A stretch of 64,000 nucleotides of DNA from Corallococcus sp. (GTDB lineage: Bacteria; Bacillota; Clostridia; Christensenellales; CAG-314): the NCBI GenBank assembly GCA_023665205.1, contig JAMPEJ010000006.1, forward strand, positions 47,513 to 111,512, in the 5' to 3' direction. How positions within the stretch are numbered: the first letter of the stretch is position 1; each line of letters starts with the position of its first letter. A model generated the notes under the pieces. The model made no database searches, had not been told where the DNA came from, and was given only the letters and a program-made list of their open reading frames with translations. The position numbers and the translations under genes are program-made. Shown one piece after another: positions 20,046 through 29,640 of the stretch.

Positions 20046-21194
20046 ATGAAAAAACTTTCTCTTATTCTGCTGCTTGCGCTTGCATTGTCCTTAGGGCTTG
20101 CGGCCTGCAACCAAACGACGCCCACGGCGATAGTGGCGCGTTGGTACGACAACGAACACTACGAGTTTAATATTACGAAAGCCGACTTGGACGCCGAAGC
20201 AAAAGACGGCTACGCCAAGGAATACACGGTGCGCGGAGAGGCAAATCCCAACCAAATGGACGAAAAAGTACCGGAAGATTTACGCGGAACTTACGTAATG
20301 GACATAAAAGTAGAAGATAAAGTTTGCACGTTTACGACGGAAATGACTCTCGTTTCTTTGTATACGGCAGATTACTACAACAATTTGCCGGCCAAAATTA
20401 AAACCGACCTCGAAACCGCCGGTCTTGTATTGGACGAAACGGAAACTTTGGAGTTGTTCGGCGAAACGGCAAACGGCAAAGCTATCAGATCCACTACAAC
20501 GACTTTGGTGAAATTTGCCAATGACAAAGGACAACGCCCCTCTCATTCCGAAAAAGAATATAACGGTTACTACTTCGGCGAAACGGAGCAAGAAGTCAGC
20601 GCTTCCAAAATCGTCGTCGATTACAACCTTGACAAAAACAAAGTGTCGGTAAGCGTTGACGGGAAAAAAGCAGAGGAAAACGACGTCAGTTTTAACAACG
20701 GCGCTAACATAATAGACGCCAACCAACTGCTTTTGTATATCCGCAGTTTGGAAAAATCGGAAAGCAGTTTTCAAGACAGTCCCAGCGTGCAAGTATACGA
20801 TCCCGTGTACAACGTAGTACGCACGGCGTCTTTCAGTATGACGTACTTATGTCAGACTTTTATCGAATACAAACACGACAAAACAACCGGCGAGGGCGAG
20901 GACGCCGTTACTTCATCGGTTGTGGAAACTTTGAAAGCCAAATTGACTTGCGTTGCCGCGGTGATAGACGGACAAGTATTTATGGTTCAAATGAACCTTC
21001 CTGCGACAGTAAATAAAGACGCTAAATTGGACGTATTTACGGACGCTTCCACCGACTACAACAGATACACCACCGTGCGCTTCCGCGTAGGAGCAAAAAC
21101 GTTTGAGCTGGTCGATTACGACGGAATTAAAGACGCAAACGGAAACAAAGTGGGAGCACAAATAGTAGAAAACCTTAAAGCTGCGGCAAAATAA
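20046..21194 (+). CDS. Lipoprotein, unknown function
   Basis: ATG at 20046 gives MKKLSLILLLALALSLGLAACN, a lipobox. Confidence 0.75.
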   Translation: MKKLSLILLLALALSLGLAACNQTTPTAIVARWYDNEHYEFNITKADLDAEAKDGYAKEYTVRGEANPNQMDEKVPEDLRGTYVMDIKVEDKVCTFTTEMTLVSLYTADYYNNLPAKIKTDLETAGLVLDETETLELFGETANGKAIRSTTTTLVKFANDKGQRPSHSEKEYNGYYFGETEQEVSASKIVVDYNLDKNKVSVSVDGKKAEENDVSFNNGANIIDANQLLLYIRSLEKSESSFQDSPSVQVYDPVYNVVRTASFSMTYLCQTFIEYKHDKTTGEGEDAVTSSVVETLKAKLTCVAAVIDGQVFMVQMNLPATVNKDAKLDVFTDASTDYNRYTTVRFRVGAKTFELVDYDGIKDANGNKVGAQIVENLKAAAK

Positions 21195-21253
21195 TTGCCA
21201 CTTACTAAGTTAAAACAAAATATATATCTGTTTACAAAAATATAAACAATACA

Positions 21254-21284
21254 AAAAGCCGCGGCATATTGCTACGGCTTTTTC
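21254..21284. terminator. Bidirectional hairpin terminator
   Basis: AAAAGCCG..CGGCTTTT with flanking A and T runs, between convergent genes. Confidence 0.6.
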
Positions 21285-21357
21285 TTATAATACTTATCCC
21301 GTTTATCCCGCAACGTTTACGCGAACAGCAAAATCAGCAATAATAGCAACCCTTATT

Positions 21358-21699
21358 TTACAGTCTGTTTCTGTCGCCCCATTCGCACATACCGTCTAAT
21401 ATCGGCATTAGAGATTTTCCGCGGTCGGAAAGACTGTACTCGACTTTAGGCGGTATTTGCGGATATTCCTTGCGAATGACCAATCCGTCGTTTTCCAATT
21501 CTTTCAACGACAAACTGAGCGTCTTGTAAGAAATGCCCTTTATATAACGCTGCAATTCGTTGTAACGCACCACGCCAAACTCCGTCAGCGTGTAAAGTAT
21601 CGTCATTTTATATTTTCCGCTGATCAGCGAAAGCGTGTAACTAAAACCCGTATCGCACAATCTTTCGCTTGCAATACACCGAGTATTTTTATCTTCCAT
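21358..21699 (-). CDS. HxlR-family winged-helix transcriptional regulator
   Basis: C..G..YTLSLISGKYKMTILYTL..RYNELQRYI.GISYKTLSLSLKELENDGLV.R..YPQIPPKVEYSLSDRG is the canonical HxlR signature. Confidence 0.88.
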   Translation of the reverse strand: MEDKNTRCIASERLCDTGFSYTLSLISGKYKMTILYTLTEFGVVRYNELQRYIKGISYKTLSLSLKELENDGLVIRKEYPQIPPKVEYSLSDRGKSLMPILDGMCEWGDRNRL

Positions 21700-21850
21700 C
21701 GCTTGCTCCTTTACACTCTACTTTTAGTAAGTACCGTACATAAATGTGCGTACTTGACAAACAAATAGTACCGCAATATATTATATATGTCAAGACTGTT
21801 TTCGCTAAAATATTTTCAAAAACAGTCAATAAATTTTCAAGGAGTTTTTT

Positions 21851-22234
21851 ATGAGAGCACAACTAAAAGAATATCAAGCAGTAGAACAAGCGGCCATGAA
21901 ATTCGTCAAAAGCGTTGCCGAAGGCAACAGCAAATACGCAAAAGAATTGTTTGTAGACGAAGCGGTACTTTTCGGGTATTTGGACGGCGAACTCGAACAC
22001 GGATCCATCGAACGGTTTTACCACAACGTGGACACCGTTTCGGGCGGGAAAAACTTTAATGCAAGAATAGACGTTATTGCCTTAGAAGAAACGCTTGCGG
22101 TCGTTCGCGTATTGGAAGAGGGCTGGGGAGACAGAATAGACTTTACCGACTATCTTTTGCTACTCAAAATAAACGGCGAATGGAAGTGCGTTGCCAAGGC
22201 GTACAATCAAAACTCTAACACGATAAAAGAATAA
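21851..22234 (+). CDS. NTF2/SnoaL-like fold protein
   Basis: 127 aa with an AAGGAG SD. The C-terminal LLLLKINGEWKCVAKAY is typical of NTF2-like lumazine-binding-type proteins. Divergent from the HxlR regulator. Confidence 0.55.
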   Translation: MRAQLKEYQAVEQAAMKFVKSVAEGNSKYAKELFVDEAVLFGYLDGELEHGSIERFYHNVDTVSGGKNFNARIDVIALEETLAVVRVLEEGWGDRIDFTDYLLLLKINGEWKCVAKAYNQNSNTIKE

Positions 22235-22246
22235 GGAGATTACACT

Positions 22247-22792
22247 GTGAGCAAAAAAATTGTAGTAATTACGGGCAGTCCAAGGAAGAACGGCAATATT
22301 TTTGCCATGACGGATGCGTTTATCCAAGCTGCGCAAGCAAAAGGTCACGAAGTAGTCAGATTTGACGCCGCATTAAAATCAGTAAGCGGTTGCCGCGCAT
22401 GCGAAACTTGTTTCAAAACCGGTAAAGCCTGCAGTTTTGACGACGATTTCAACAAAATAGCGCCGTCAATATTGGAAGCGGACGTAATTGTATTTGCAAC
22501 ACCCGTTTACTGGTATTCGTTTTCCGCTCAAATCAAAGGCGTGATAGACAGATTGTTTTCCTTTTGCGTTGCAGGCAAGGACGTTGCGGGCAAACATTGC
22601 GCGCTTATAACCTGCTGCGAAGAGGAAGATATGTCCGTAATGGACGGCGTGCGCATTCCGTACGAAAGAACGGCCGCACTGCTAAAATGGAAATCCGTTG
22701 GAGAAGTGCTTGTCCCCGGCGTATTTAAGGTGGGCGACATAGAAAAAACGGACGGTTGCAAAAAAGCCGCCGCGCTTGCAGAAGTACTGTAA
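22247..22792 (+). CDS. Flavodoxin-fold NAD(P)H-dependent FMN reductase-like protein
   Basis: GTG start after AAGGAG. KIVVITGSPRKNGN flavin-binding loop. TPVYWYSFSAQIKGVIDR. Confidence 0.75.
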   Translation: MSKKIVVITGSPRKNGNIFAMTDAFIQAAQAKGHEVVRFDAALKSVSGCRACETCFKTGKACSFDDDFNKIAPSILEADVIVFATPVYWYSFSAQIKGVIDRLFSFCVAGKDVAGKHCALITCCEEEDMSVMDGVRIPYERTAALLKWKSVGEVLVPGVFKVGDIEKTDGCKKAAALAEVL

Positions 22793-22871
22793 CTCATCAA
22801 AGCCTGTTCTGCACGACGAACGGCAACGCGACCGCTGCCGCAAGTTTTGAACAATTCAAAAATACAACATA

Positions 22872-22905
22872 AAGGCCGCGGCAAATACCGCGACCTTGTT
22901 TTTTA
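22872..22905. terminator. Hairpin terminator between convergent genes
   Basis: AAGGCCGCGG-caaata-CCGCGACCTT (one mismatch) followed by GTTTTTT. Confidence 0.6.
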
Positions 22906-22932
22906 GAATAAATATTCTTTTGATAAGAAAAG

Positions 22933-24987
22933 TTATTCCTTTTTGTCGTCGTCTTTTTTGGACGTTTTTTTGCTCTTTTTAGGCTTTTCAACAGCGTTAC
23001 CGTCGGCGTTTTCCTTTGCCGCGTCACTTTCTACAGCATCGCCGCCAGGCGCAGCCGTTTCGGCTTCCGCAACGTTTGACTCGGTAGATTCCGTTATTTT
23101 AGCGTCCGTCTTAGATTCGTTTTGCTCCATAAACGCAATAACGTCGTCGGCGCTTTTGCCGTCCATAAGCATGTGTACTTCGTCTGTGTGGATAGTTTCC
23201 TTTTCTATGAGCACGCGCGCCATATTATGCAAAACCTGCATATTCTGAGTCAACAGTTCCGTAGCGCGTTTGTGACAGCTTTCCACGATCTCACGAACTT
23301 CTTCGTCGATAATGTTCGCCACTTCGTCGGAATAGCCCTTTTCCTGTTGGTAACTTCTTCCAACAAAGATTTCGCCGTCGCTTCCGTAGAACAAAGGTCC
23401 TATGCGGTCGCTCATACCCCATTCCGTAACCATACGGTGGGCGCGCTCGGTCAACGACTTGATGTCTCCGCTAGCGCCGGAACTGATGTTTTTGATTATC
23501 AGTTCTTCCGCCACGCGTCCGCCCAGCGTCATAGTGATTTCATCTAGCAATTGCTGTTTTGTTACGTGGTTGTTATCGTTTTCCGGACGAGTCATAGTAT
23601 AACCCGCCGCCATTCCGCGCGGAATGATGGTAACTTCGTGCACGGGATCGCAATACTTCAAGCAACTTGCCAAAATTGCGTGTCCGCTTTCGTGATAGGC
23701 GGTAATGCGCTTATCCGGCTCGGTAACAAGACGGCTCTTCTTTTGAGGACCCATAACAACTTTGTTGATACCCTCGTTTACGTCCGCCATGGTTATAACT
23801 TTACGGCCTTCGCGCACGGCCAATATCGCCGCTTCGTTCAAAAGATTTTCCAAATCCGCACCCGTAAATCCTGCAGTGATGCGAGCAACGGTACGGAAGT
23901 TTACGTCTGGGCCGATGGGTTTTTTGCGCGCGTGAACTTTAAGTATGGCTTCGCGTCCGCGCACGTCTGGGCGGTTGACGTAGATTTGTCTGTCAAAACG
24001 GCCGGGACGCAGCAACGCGGGATCCAAAATATCCGCGCGGTTGGTCGCCGCCATAATAATAATGCTCGTATTGGTTTCGAAACCGTCCATTTCCACCAGC
24101 AATTGGTTGAGGGTTTGTTCGCGTTCGTCGTGTCCGCCGCCAAGACCTGCTCCGCGTTGACGTCCGACTGCGTCGATTTCGTCAATAAATATAATGCAAG
24201 GCATATTCTTTTTGGCTTGATCGAACAAGTCGCGCACGCGGCTTGCGCCCACGCCTACGAACATTTCCACAAAATCGCTACCGCTCATGGAGAAAAACGG
24301 CACGCCGGCCTCGCCTGCAACAGCCTTGGCAAACAGGGTTTTACCGGTTCCCGGAGGGCCTACAAGCAACACGCCTTTGGGAACGCGCGCACCCATATCG
24401 TGGAAGCGTTTGGGATCTTTCAGGAAGTCGATTATTTCCTGCAATTCTTCTTTTTCTTCCTCGGCGCCGGCAACGTCGCTAAAACGGACTTTGATATTTT
24501 GCACGGCCTTGGCGCGAGAACATCCGAAATCCATATTTTGGTTGTTTTGTTTGGCGATCTGACGGAACAAAAGCACTCCCAGCAAAATAAGCAAACCTAT
24601 CCACAAGACGGGCATTATATAATCCGTCCAACTTGTAGCGTTGGGATCGGCCGTATCGAACTCAAACCCCTCTTTCAACGGCTTAAATTCGTCGCCTACG
24701 GTAATTCCGCCTTCGTCCTGAACCTTATTCATAAAAGCGTTAAATTCGGCCCTGTCCACTATTACAAACGAGTAAGTAGTCGATTTATCGCCTTGCTTCT
24801 TTACTGCCGTTACTTTGTAATAATTCAAATACACCTTGTCGTAGGTGGTTATTCCCTTACGAAATTCGTCGTAGGTGATTTTTTCTGCCGAGGGCGATAA
24901 AAAGTGCCACAGCAAAAGAAATACCGCCACCAATACCAAAAGAGACAATATCGAATATAGTATTCTTCTTCTTTTTTGTTGTTCCAA
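22933..24987 (-). CDS. ftsH: ATP-dependent zinc metalloprotease FtsH
   Basis: AAA+ Walker [12 protein letters not shown], and the HESGHA zinc motif. TTG at 24987 is preceded by AGGAGA. The track's GTG at 25008 has no SD. Confidence 0.92.
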   Translation of the reverse strand: MEQQKRRRILYSILSLLVLVAVFLLLWHFLSPSAEKITYDEFRKGITTYDKVYLNYYKVTAVKKQGDKSTTYSFVIVDRAEFNAFMNKVQDEGGITVGDEFKPLKEGFEFDTADPNATSWTDYIMPVLWIGLLILLGVLLFRQIAKQNNQNMDFGCSRAKAVQNIKVRFSDVAGAEEEKEELQEIIDFLKDPKRFHDMGARVPKGVLLVGPPGTGKTLFAKAVAGEAGVPFFSMSGSDFVEMFVGVGASRVRDLFDQAKKNMPCIIFIDEIDAVGRQRGAGLGGGHDEREQTLNQLLVEMDGFETNTSIIIMAATNRADILDPALLRPGRFDRQIYVNRPDVRGREAILKVHARKKPIGPDVNFRTVARITAGFTGADLENLLNEAAILAVREGRKVITMADVNEGINKVVMGPQKKSRLVTEPDKRITAYHESGHAILASCLKYCDPVHEVTIIPRGMAAGYTMTRPENDNNHVTKQQLLDEITMTLGGRVAEELIIKNISSGASGDIKSLTERAHRMVTEWGMSDRIGPLFYGSDGEIFVGRSYQQEKGYSDEVANIIDEEVREIVESCHKRATELLTQNMQVLHNMARVLIEKETIHTDEVHMLMDGKSADDVIAFMEQNESKTDAKITESTESNVAEAETAAPGGDAVESDAAKENADGNAVEKPKKSKKTSKKDDDKKE

Positions 24988-25420
24988 ATTGTTTCTCCTT
25001 TTGCCCACTTGTGTGTGCCGTTTTATTCTTGCGAATATACTTTTTTATTGTATCATAATCGGACAAGATGTGTCAAGTGAGTCGATTACCTATTACGCAA
25101 AACGACTGTGACTGCGCAAACGACGTATAACTATATTTGATGCAAATTCTGATTTTTGACGATGTCAAACCGAACAATTGCACAAAATATCCGAATTCGG
25201 CTGCGGAAAGACACTTCCTAGATATTATTAAGAAAGCGTATGCCGCAGTTCTGCAAAAGCCGTCACGACGCACAATGCTGCGCGAGACATCTTTCTTACG
25301 GCCGCAGAGTAAACCGCCGATTATCAATTAGAAAATAGCACACAACGCTTGAACAAGACTTAAAGCCGTTGCCAAACAGACAACGGTTTTGTTTGCCGAG
25401 ATTGCTTGCAGCGGAGAAAT

Positions 25421-25927
25421 CTAGCCGACTGCAAGAACGATAGAATTGGCGATAAATTGCGCAACCTTATTTACCAAGCGCTCCTTAGAGGTATTTAATG
25501 TATAAAAATCGCCCATGCCCTTATCCGCAACAATGCCCACTATGCTTACGTCGCCGATGTTAGGCAAATTCTTGTTGGTAGCAGCGCCCGGAACTATACC
25601 TCCGTCGGAAATTTGTATTTTTCCGATTTGCTCCGGAGTGCCTACCGCTGCGTCGACGACGACGATTTGACTGTCCGGATGCATTTGTCTGATAAAATCG
25701 TGACAATATACCAAATTTTCCGCCGTAATATTTTGATCGCACAATCCGTAAACAAATAACGGCTTTTCCATTTTGGCATTCACCAAACTGCCCACCTTGG
25801 GGCCCAGACTGTCGGAAAACACTTTTTCCGTGCCAATGCACACGAACACGGGGTTATGCGCTTGCTGTTTTAATTCCTGCGCAAGGTCGTTTTCGCCGTT
25901 AGGATCATAGATACTGAGTTCTTTCAT
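25421..25927 (-). CDS. yyaC: Sporulation protein YyaC (putative spore protease family)
   Basis: VFVCIGTEKVFSDSLGPKVG, VVDAAVG and PGAATNKNLPNIGDVSIVGIV match the YyaC pattern. It is also an origin-proximal neighbour of spo0J in Bacillus. Confidence 0.8.
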   Translation of the reverse strand: MKELSIYDPNGENDLAQELKQQAHNPVFVCIGTEKVFSDSLGPKVGSLVNAKMEKPLFVYGLCDQNITAENLVYCHDFIRQMHPDSQIVVVDAAVGTPEQIGKIQISDGGIVPGAATNKNLPNIGDVSIVGIVADKGMGDFYTLNTSKERLVNKVAQFIANSIVLAVG

Positions 25928-26373
25928 AATATTTGCCTCCGTGTTTTTTACAATAAGTGTTTACCATTTGAAATATTATATTTAGTTTATGGACAAACTT
26001 TTTGCAAACACTTTGCACAAAATGTTTGCGTAGCATTTTTGCCCCTTCATCGAGTATTTACTCTTTTAGATTATTATATTTATTTTTTTAGCAAGCATTT
26101 TGCGGAGGATTTACGCAAAATGTCGAAATTACAGGTTGAGACGTCTAAGCGATATAAAAATTGAATATCGGTTATTCAAGATATAACAAGGAAACTTGCA
26201 AATAAATATTATTTTGCGTATTATAACATAATTATAATATTATCTGGATTTTAATTCACGACATATATCCGACACAGACACGCATAATACCGGCCGATTT
26301 GTTTTACCTTGCGGCAACGTTTATACAGACATACGGTTTCAATAAATAATTCTGTTCATCTACTCTATTTCCG

Positions 26374-26406
26374 GTCTTAATAATGAACTGTGTTCATTAT
26401 TAAGAC
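26374..26406. repeat. Perfect palindrome (15-bp arms, 3-nt centre)
   Basis: GTCTTAATAATGAAC-tgt-GTTCATTATTAAGAC. Confidence 0.9.
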
Positions 26407-26675
26407 AACAAAATATCGCGCCCTGATAGCACATATTGAATATCGCAACGTGTCTCCAAACAAGGTTGCTACAAGCAGCCATTCATATGAAAATAAGTTA
26501 TATTAAAATTACCGATAAATTTTAGACGAAATATCTATGCCAATTAAATAATATTGCTCGCTACTCTTTTAATAATTGACGCCACTGTACGAATTGATAA
26601 AAAATTGATCAACTTCTTCAGAAATACAAACAGATTCGACGTCGACTAAAAAACAGTTCGTTGTAAATGCGCATT

Positions 26676-26700
26676 TTGATATAAAATCTTTTTATATCAA
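26676..26700. repeat. AT-rich perfect palindrome (11-bp arms)
   Basis: TTGATATAAAA-tct-TTTTATATCAA. Confidence 0.8.
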
Positions 26701-27102
26701 GCGCTTTGCTCATACAGCACAATAACGCAAATTAACTGCATATTAAAACAGATTTTTAATACACGTTATTTTATACACGCAATAAAACACAGCAAACGGC
26801 CAGCCGCACTGTCAAAGACAAATACGTATAATTCAATATTAAAACAATTTCTTGCGGAACGGTTTAATGTGAGGTTCTGTAAAAATTTAACTACGCACTT
26901 CCACTCTTACCAATAAACAAATTACTATATGCTTACCCGTGCCTGTGCTAAATCTATGTAAAACAGCCACTTTTGTTTTAATTCCGCAAACAAAAAATAC
27001 AAAACAAATATCTGTAAAAGCCGCTCCAAATTACATCAACTGCTAGTCTTTTCTTTCAACAATACAATACTGCCAAGATTTTTTCAAAGTATTCTGAGCA
27101 AA

Positions 27103-27118
27103 TGTTCCACGTGAAACA
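27103..27118. promoter_or_regulatory. parS site 1 (ParB/Spo0J binding site)
   Basis: TGTTCCACGTGAAACA matches the Bacillus-type consensus TGTTNCACGTGAAACA at 16/16 positions. Confidence 0.85.
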
Positions 27119-27222
27119 ATAAATTTGGCTCGTTATAGCCTATTTTTCGCATATATTAAGCCGTTTTTGTCTGATATGTGGACAGTTTGAAAACAAATAA
27201 ACGATTATCCAATCCCCGGTTT

Positions 27223-27238
27223 TGTTTCACGTGAAACC
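27223..27238. promoter_or_regulatory. parS site 2
   Basis: TGTTTCACGTGAAACC, 15/16 to consensus. Confidence 0.8.
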
Positions 27239-27328
27239 TTGGGGGAATAATTATAATCAACCATACCAAATAAAATTTAGCGAATAAAGCAAAAAGTACC
27301 AACACGCTCGACGGAAGTTGATTCAATT

Positions 27329-27344
27329 TGTTTCACGTGAAACG
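27329..27344. promoter_or_regulatory. parS site 3
   Basis: TGTTTCACGTGAAACG, 15/16 to consensus. Confidence 0.8.
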
Positions 27345-28067
27345 CTTCTGATGGGCAAAACGACACGAAATACATCTAATACACTGAAAAACACGGACAA
27401 AACATGCGAAATTACGGCCAAATCTCGATCTTGCTATATAAATTAAACAATAAATTATGCGCAAGCGACTGATCAATAAAGAGTCGTTCTGAGGCTAAAT
27501 CAATGCAAAAGTGCCTATTATAAAGTAAACACTCTTTGTTTAGACATTGTCTACAACTCATTTACTAGCCAACATTGCTTCCAAGACGTTCACTCGAAAA
27601 ACTTGTAAGCAGCAGACTTAATATTATCATAAGGAACAGAAGTGCAAAAAAAACGGCGATAAAACGGAAATAAATGGGGGTATTTTAGTTAAAATGTTTT
27701 CTTATACAGCGCTTTGCTTAGGTATTTTACAAGATAAATGGAATCAAAAGCAAAAAACACTAGTATTTAGTGCTCAAAATAGAAATTGATTATATGAAAC
27801 GTCACATTAAAAAGCCCGTCTAATACCAGGAAATCAGATCGCGATTTAAGCAATATTCTGCACGCCGCTGTGCAATTCCGGCTACGTTCGTTCAATTCTT
27901 TCATCCTTTCTAATGCAATTCACATGGTCTTATTCTTATTGAGCTTCATCCAAATAGATACCGCAATTCTCTCGGCACCTCTCCGCGATAGTCTGTCGTT
28001 CTATCAGAAACAGTGTAATGACTGCAAGCAGCATTGCTTAGTCGACTATTGCGGTCATTGCTTTGCA

Positions 28068-28084
28068 TAATAATGAACACAGTT
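28068..28084. repeat. 17-nt exact inverted copy of part of the 26374..26406 palindrome
   Basis: TAATAATGAACACAGTT is the reverse complement of 26386..26402 (AACTGTGTTCATTATTA). Confidence 0.85.
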
Positions 28085-28458
28085 TGCGTTTAATGCTAAA
28101 ATAAACGTCGTTCGCTAATAAGCATCAAACGCAATATATTTACTGAAACATTTTGCGTTTCAACTCAGAATGAGGTTTCGAAACGTCGCGCAAAAACAAA
28201 TTTGATTTTCGAAATTCTGTCTGAACGTCTGTTTCAACCATCAAATATAACATAATTATTCTCACTTTTGCGGCATTTTTGCAAAATAATTACGCGGCTC
28301 GCGGCCGTCAAAATTTTTAACTCAATTGGATCCGGTTTTCGGAAAAACAAAAAATCGATTTCAAAAACTTGTTTTCGCATAACAATGAATCAAAATTTGA
28401 TATTCAGCGAAAAAATCATAAAAACAACAAGATTTAGTATTTGCAACCAAGTCATCAT

Positions 28459-28480
28459 AAAAAAGCGAGTCTTCCTCGCT
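28459..28480 (-). terminator. Rho-independent terminator of the parAB operon
   Basis: Minus strand: AGCGAG-gaaga-CTCGCT followed by T6, about 225 nt after the parB stop. Confidence 0.55.
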
Positions 28481-28704
28481 CTAAAGAATAATGTATTACG
28501 TGTTGCCCTGCCGACTTTTCACTTTAACACAAAACTTACGAAAATTTCTTTTGCCCCTTTCGTTATGAAAACAGCAAAATAAAAGGCGATCGCAACGAAG
28601 CAACCGTCTTTCAAATATTTTAACCCTCCGCCTGCACCCTCTTGCAAGCAGAAACGCTAAATCGTTGTAATTTCTTGCGCATACATAAAAAATACGCAAA
28701 AAAC

Positions 28705-29637
28705 TTATTCTTCCTCTTTTCGGAACTTATCGCTCATCCAATCGTCTACAAACTTGCAGATACGGTCCAAATCGTCGGAGGTGAAATAATCAATATATAT
28801 TCTGCCCTTGTTAGAGTTACCCATCGCCGACACTTTAGTAGCAAACGCGCGTTGCATATTGCTTACTAATTCATGCAATTCCTTACACTCTTCGTTTTTC
28901 GGCTTTTCCGCCTTGGGCTTAGGATTCAAAAATTCGCGAATCATTTTTTCCATCTCGCGAACAGTCATTTGATTGTCGCAACCGCGCAGAGCCAATTTGT
29001 ACTGGAATTCTTGCGGAACGACCACCAAAGTGCGCGCATGTCCTGCCGAAAGTCTGCCGGCCTCGATAAGTTCGATCACTCCTTCGTGCAAAGTCAGCAA
29101 ACGCAGAGTATTAGCCACTGCAGAACGGCTCTTACCGATACGGTCGGCGGCAACTTCCTGAGTCATATTGAATTCCGTCATCAACGTACGGATTGCGCGC
29201 GCAGCCTCGATCGGAGTCAGATCCTCGCGCTGCAAGTTTTCAATAAGACTGATCTCTTTTATTTCCTGAGCGGTATAATTGCGAATAATGGCGGGAATCT
29301 CCGTTTTACCGGCAAGTTTACTTGCGCGAAAACGTCTTTCACCGGCGATTATCATAAAACGCTTGCCAATCGGCGAAACTACGATAGGTTGAATAACTCC
29401 GTAAGTCTTTATGCTGTCGGCAAGCTCCTGCAAGGCATCTTCGTCAAACTTTTTACGAGGTTGCTCGTAGTTTGGATCGATATCGGAAAGAGAAATTTTA
29501 ACTACGCCGTCCGCACTTTCAATTTTAGCGCTTTCGGCATCGTCCGAAACAACGGCAGCATTGCGCGTTGCCAGTTCCTCAACGTCGTTAAGTCCCATCA
29601 AAGCAGCGTAACCTCTGCCCAATCCTTTGTTTGCCAT
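28705..29637 (-). CDS. parB: Chromosome partitioning protein ParB/Spo0J
   Basis: GLGRG N-terminus, the GERRFRA CTP-binding box and an HTH (QEVAADRIGKSRSAVANTLRLL). Immediately downstream of parA. Confidence 0.9.
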   Translation of the reverse strand: MANKGLGRGYAALMGLNDVEELATRNAAVVSDDAESAKIESADGVVKISLSDIDPNYEQPRKKFDEDALQELADSIKTYGVIQPIVVSPIGKRFMIIAGERRFRASKLAGKTEIPAIIRNYTAQEIKEISLIENLQREDLTPIEAARAIRTLMTEFNMTQEVAADRIGKSRSAVANTLRLLTLHEGVIELIEAGRLSAGHARTLVVVPQEFQYKLALRGCDNQMTVREMEKMIREFLNPKPKAEKPKNEECKELHELVSNMQRAFATKVSAMGNSNKGRIYIDYFTSDDLDRICKFVDDWMSDKFRKEEE

Positions 29638-29640
29638 CGT

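Larger units (their letters stand above)
25928..28704. other. 2.8 kb AT-rich region without credible ORFs (contains parS cluster and palindromes)
   Basis: No ORF of 60 aa or more in any frame from 25928 to 27869. The two ORFs beyond (27870..28070, 28268..28582) lack an SD and have implausible composition. Confidence 0.7.

Noticed and set aside
25137-25331. A 64-aa plus-strand ORF between ftsH and yyaC, followed by a hairpin plus T-run (25362..25395). This could be a small gene or sRNA.
   Set aside because: It has no SD and an unremarkable composition. The hairpin may simply be a bidirectional terminator for yyaC. There is not enough evidence to call a feature.
27870-28070. An ORF ending in a Cys-rich tail (..YQKQCNDCKQHCLVDYCGHCFA), which suggests a RiPP or bacteriocin precursor.
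   Set aside because: It has a GTG start with no SD. There is no radical-SAM, lanthionine or export gene anywhere nearby. It lies in a region that otherwise looks non-coding. Its stop overlaps the 17-nt inverted repeat. It is probably a chance ORF.
28268-28582. A 104-aa plus-strand ORF in the yyaC-parB spacer.
   Set aside because: It has a TTG start without an SD and a lysine/isoleucine/phenylalanine-rich composition typical of AT-rich non-coding DNA. It carries no motif. It runs head-on into the parAB terminator region.
25928-28704. The possibility that the long ORF-free region is a CRISPR array or an rRNA or other known large RNA.
   Set aside because: There are no regularly spaced direct repeats of 20-40 nt. 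There are no rRNA, tmRNA, RNase P (GGAAAGTCC) or SRP signature strings. Few GC-rich helices are present, so an ornate structured RNA is not supported by eye.
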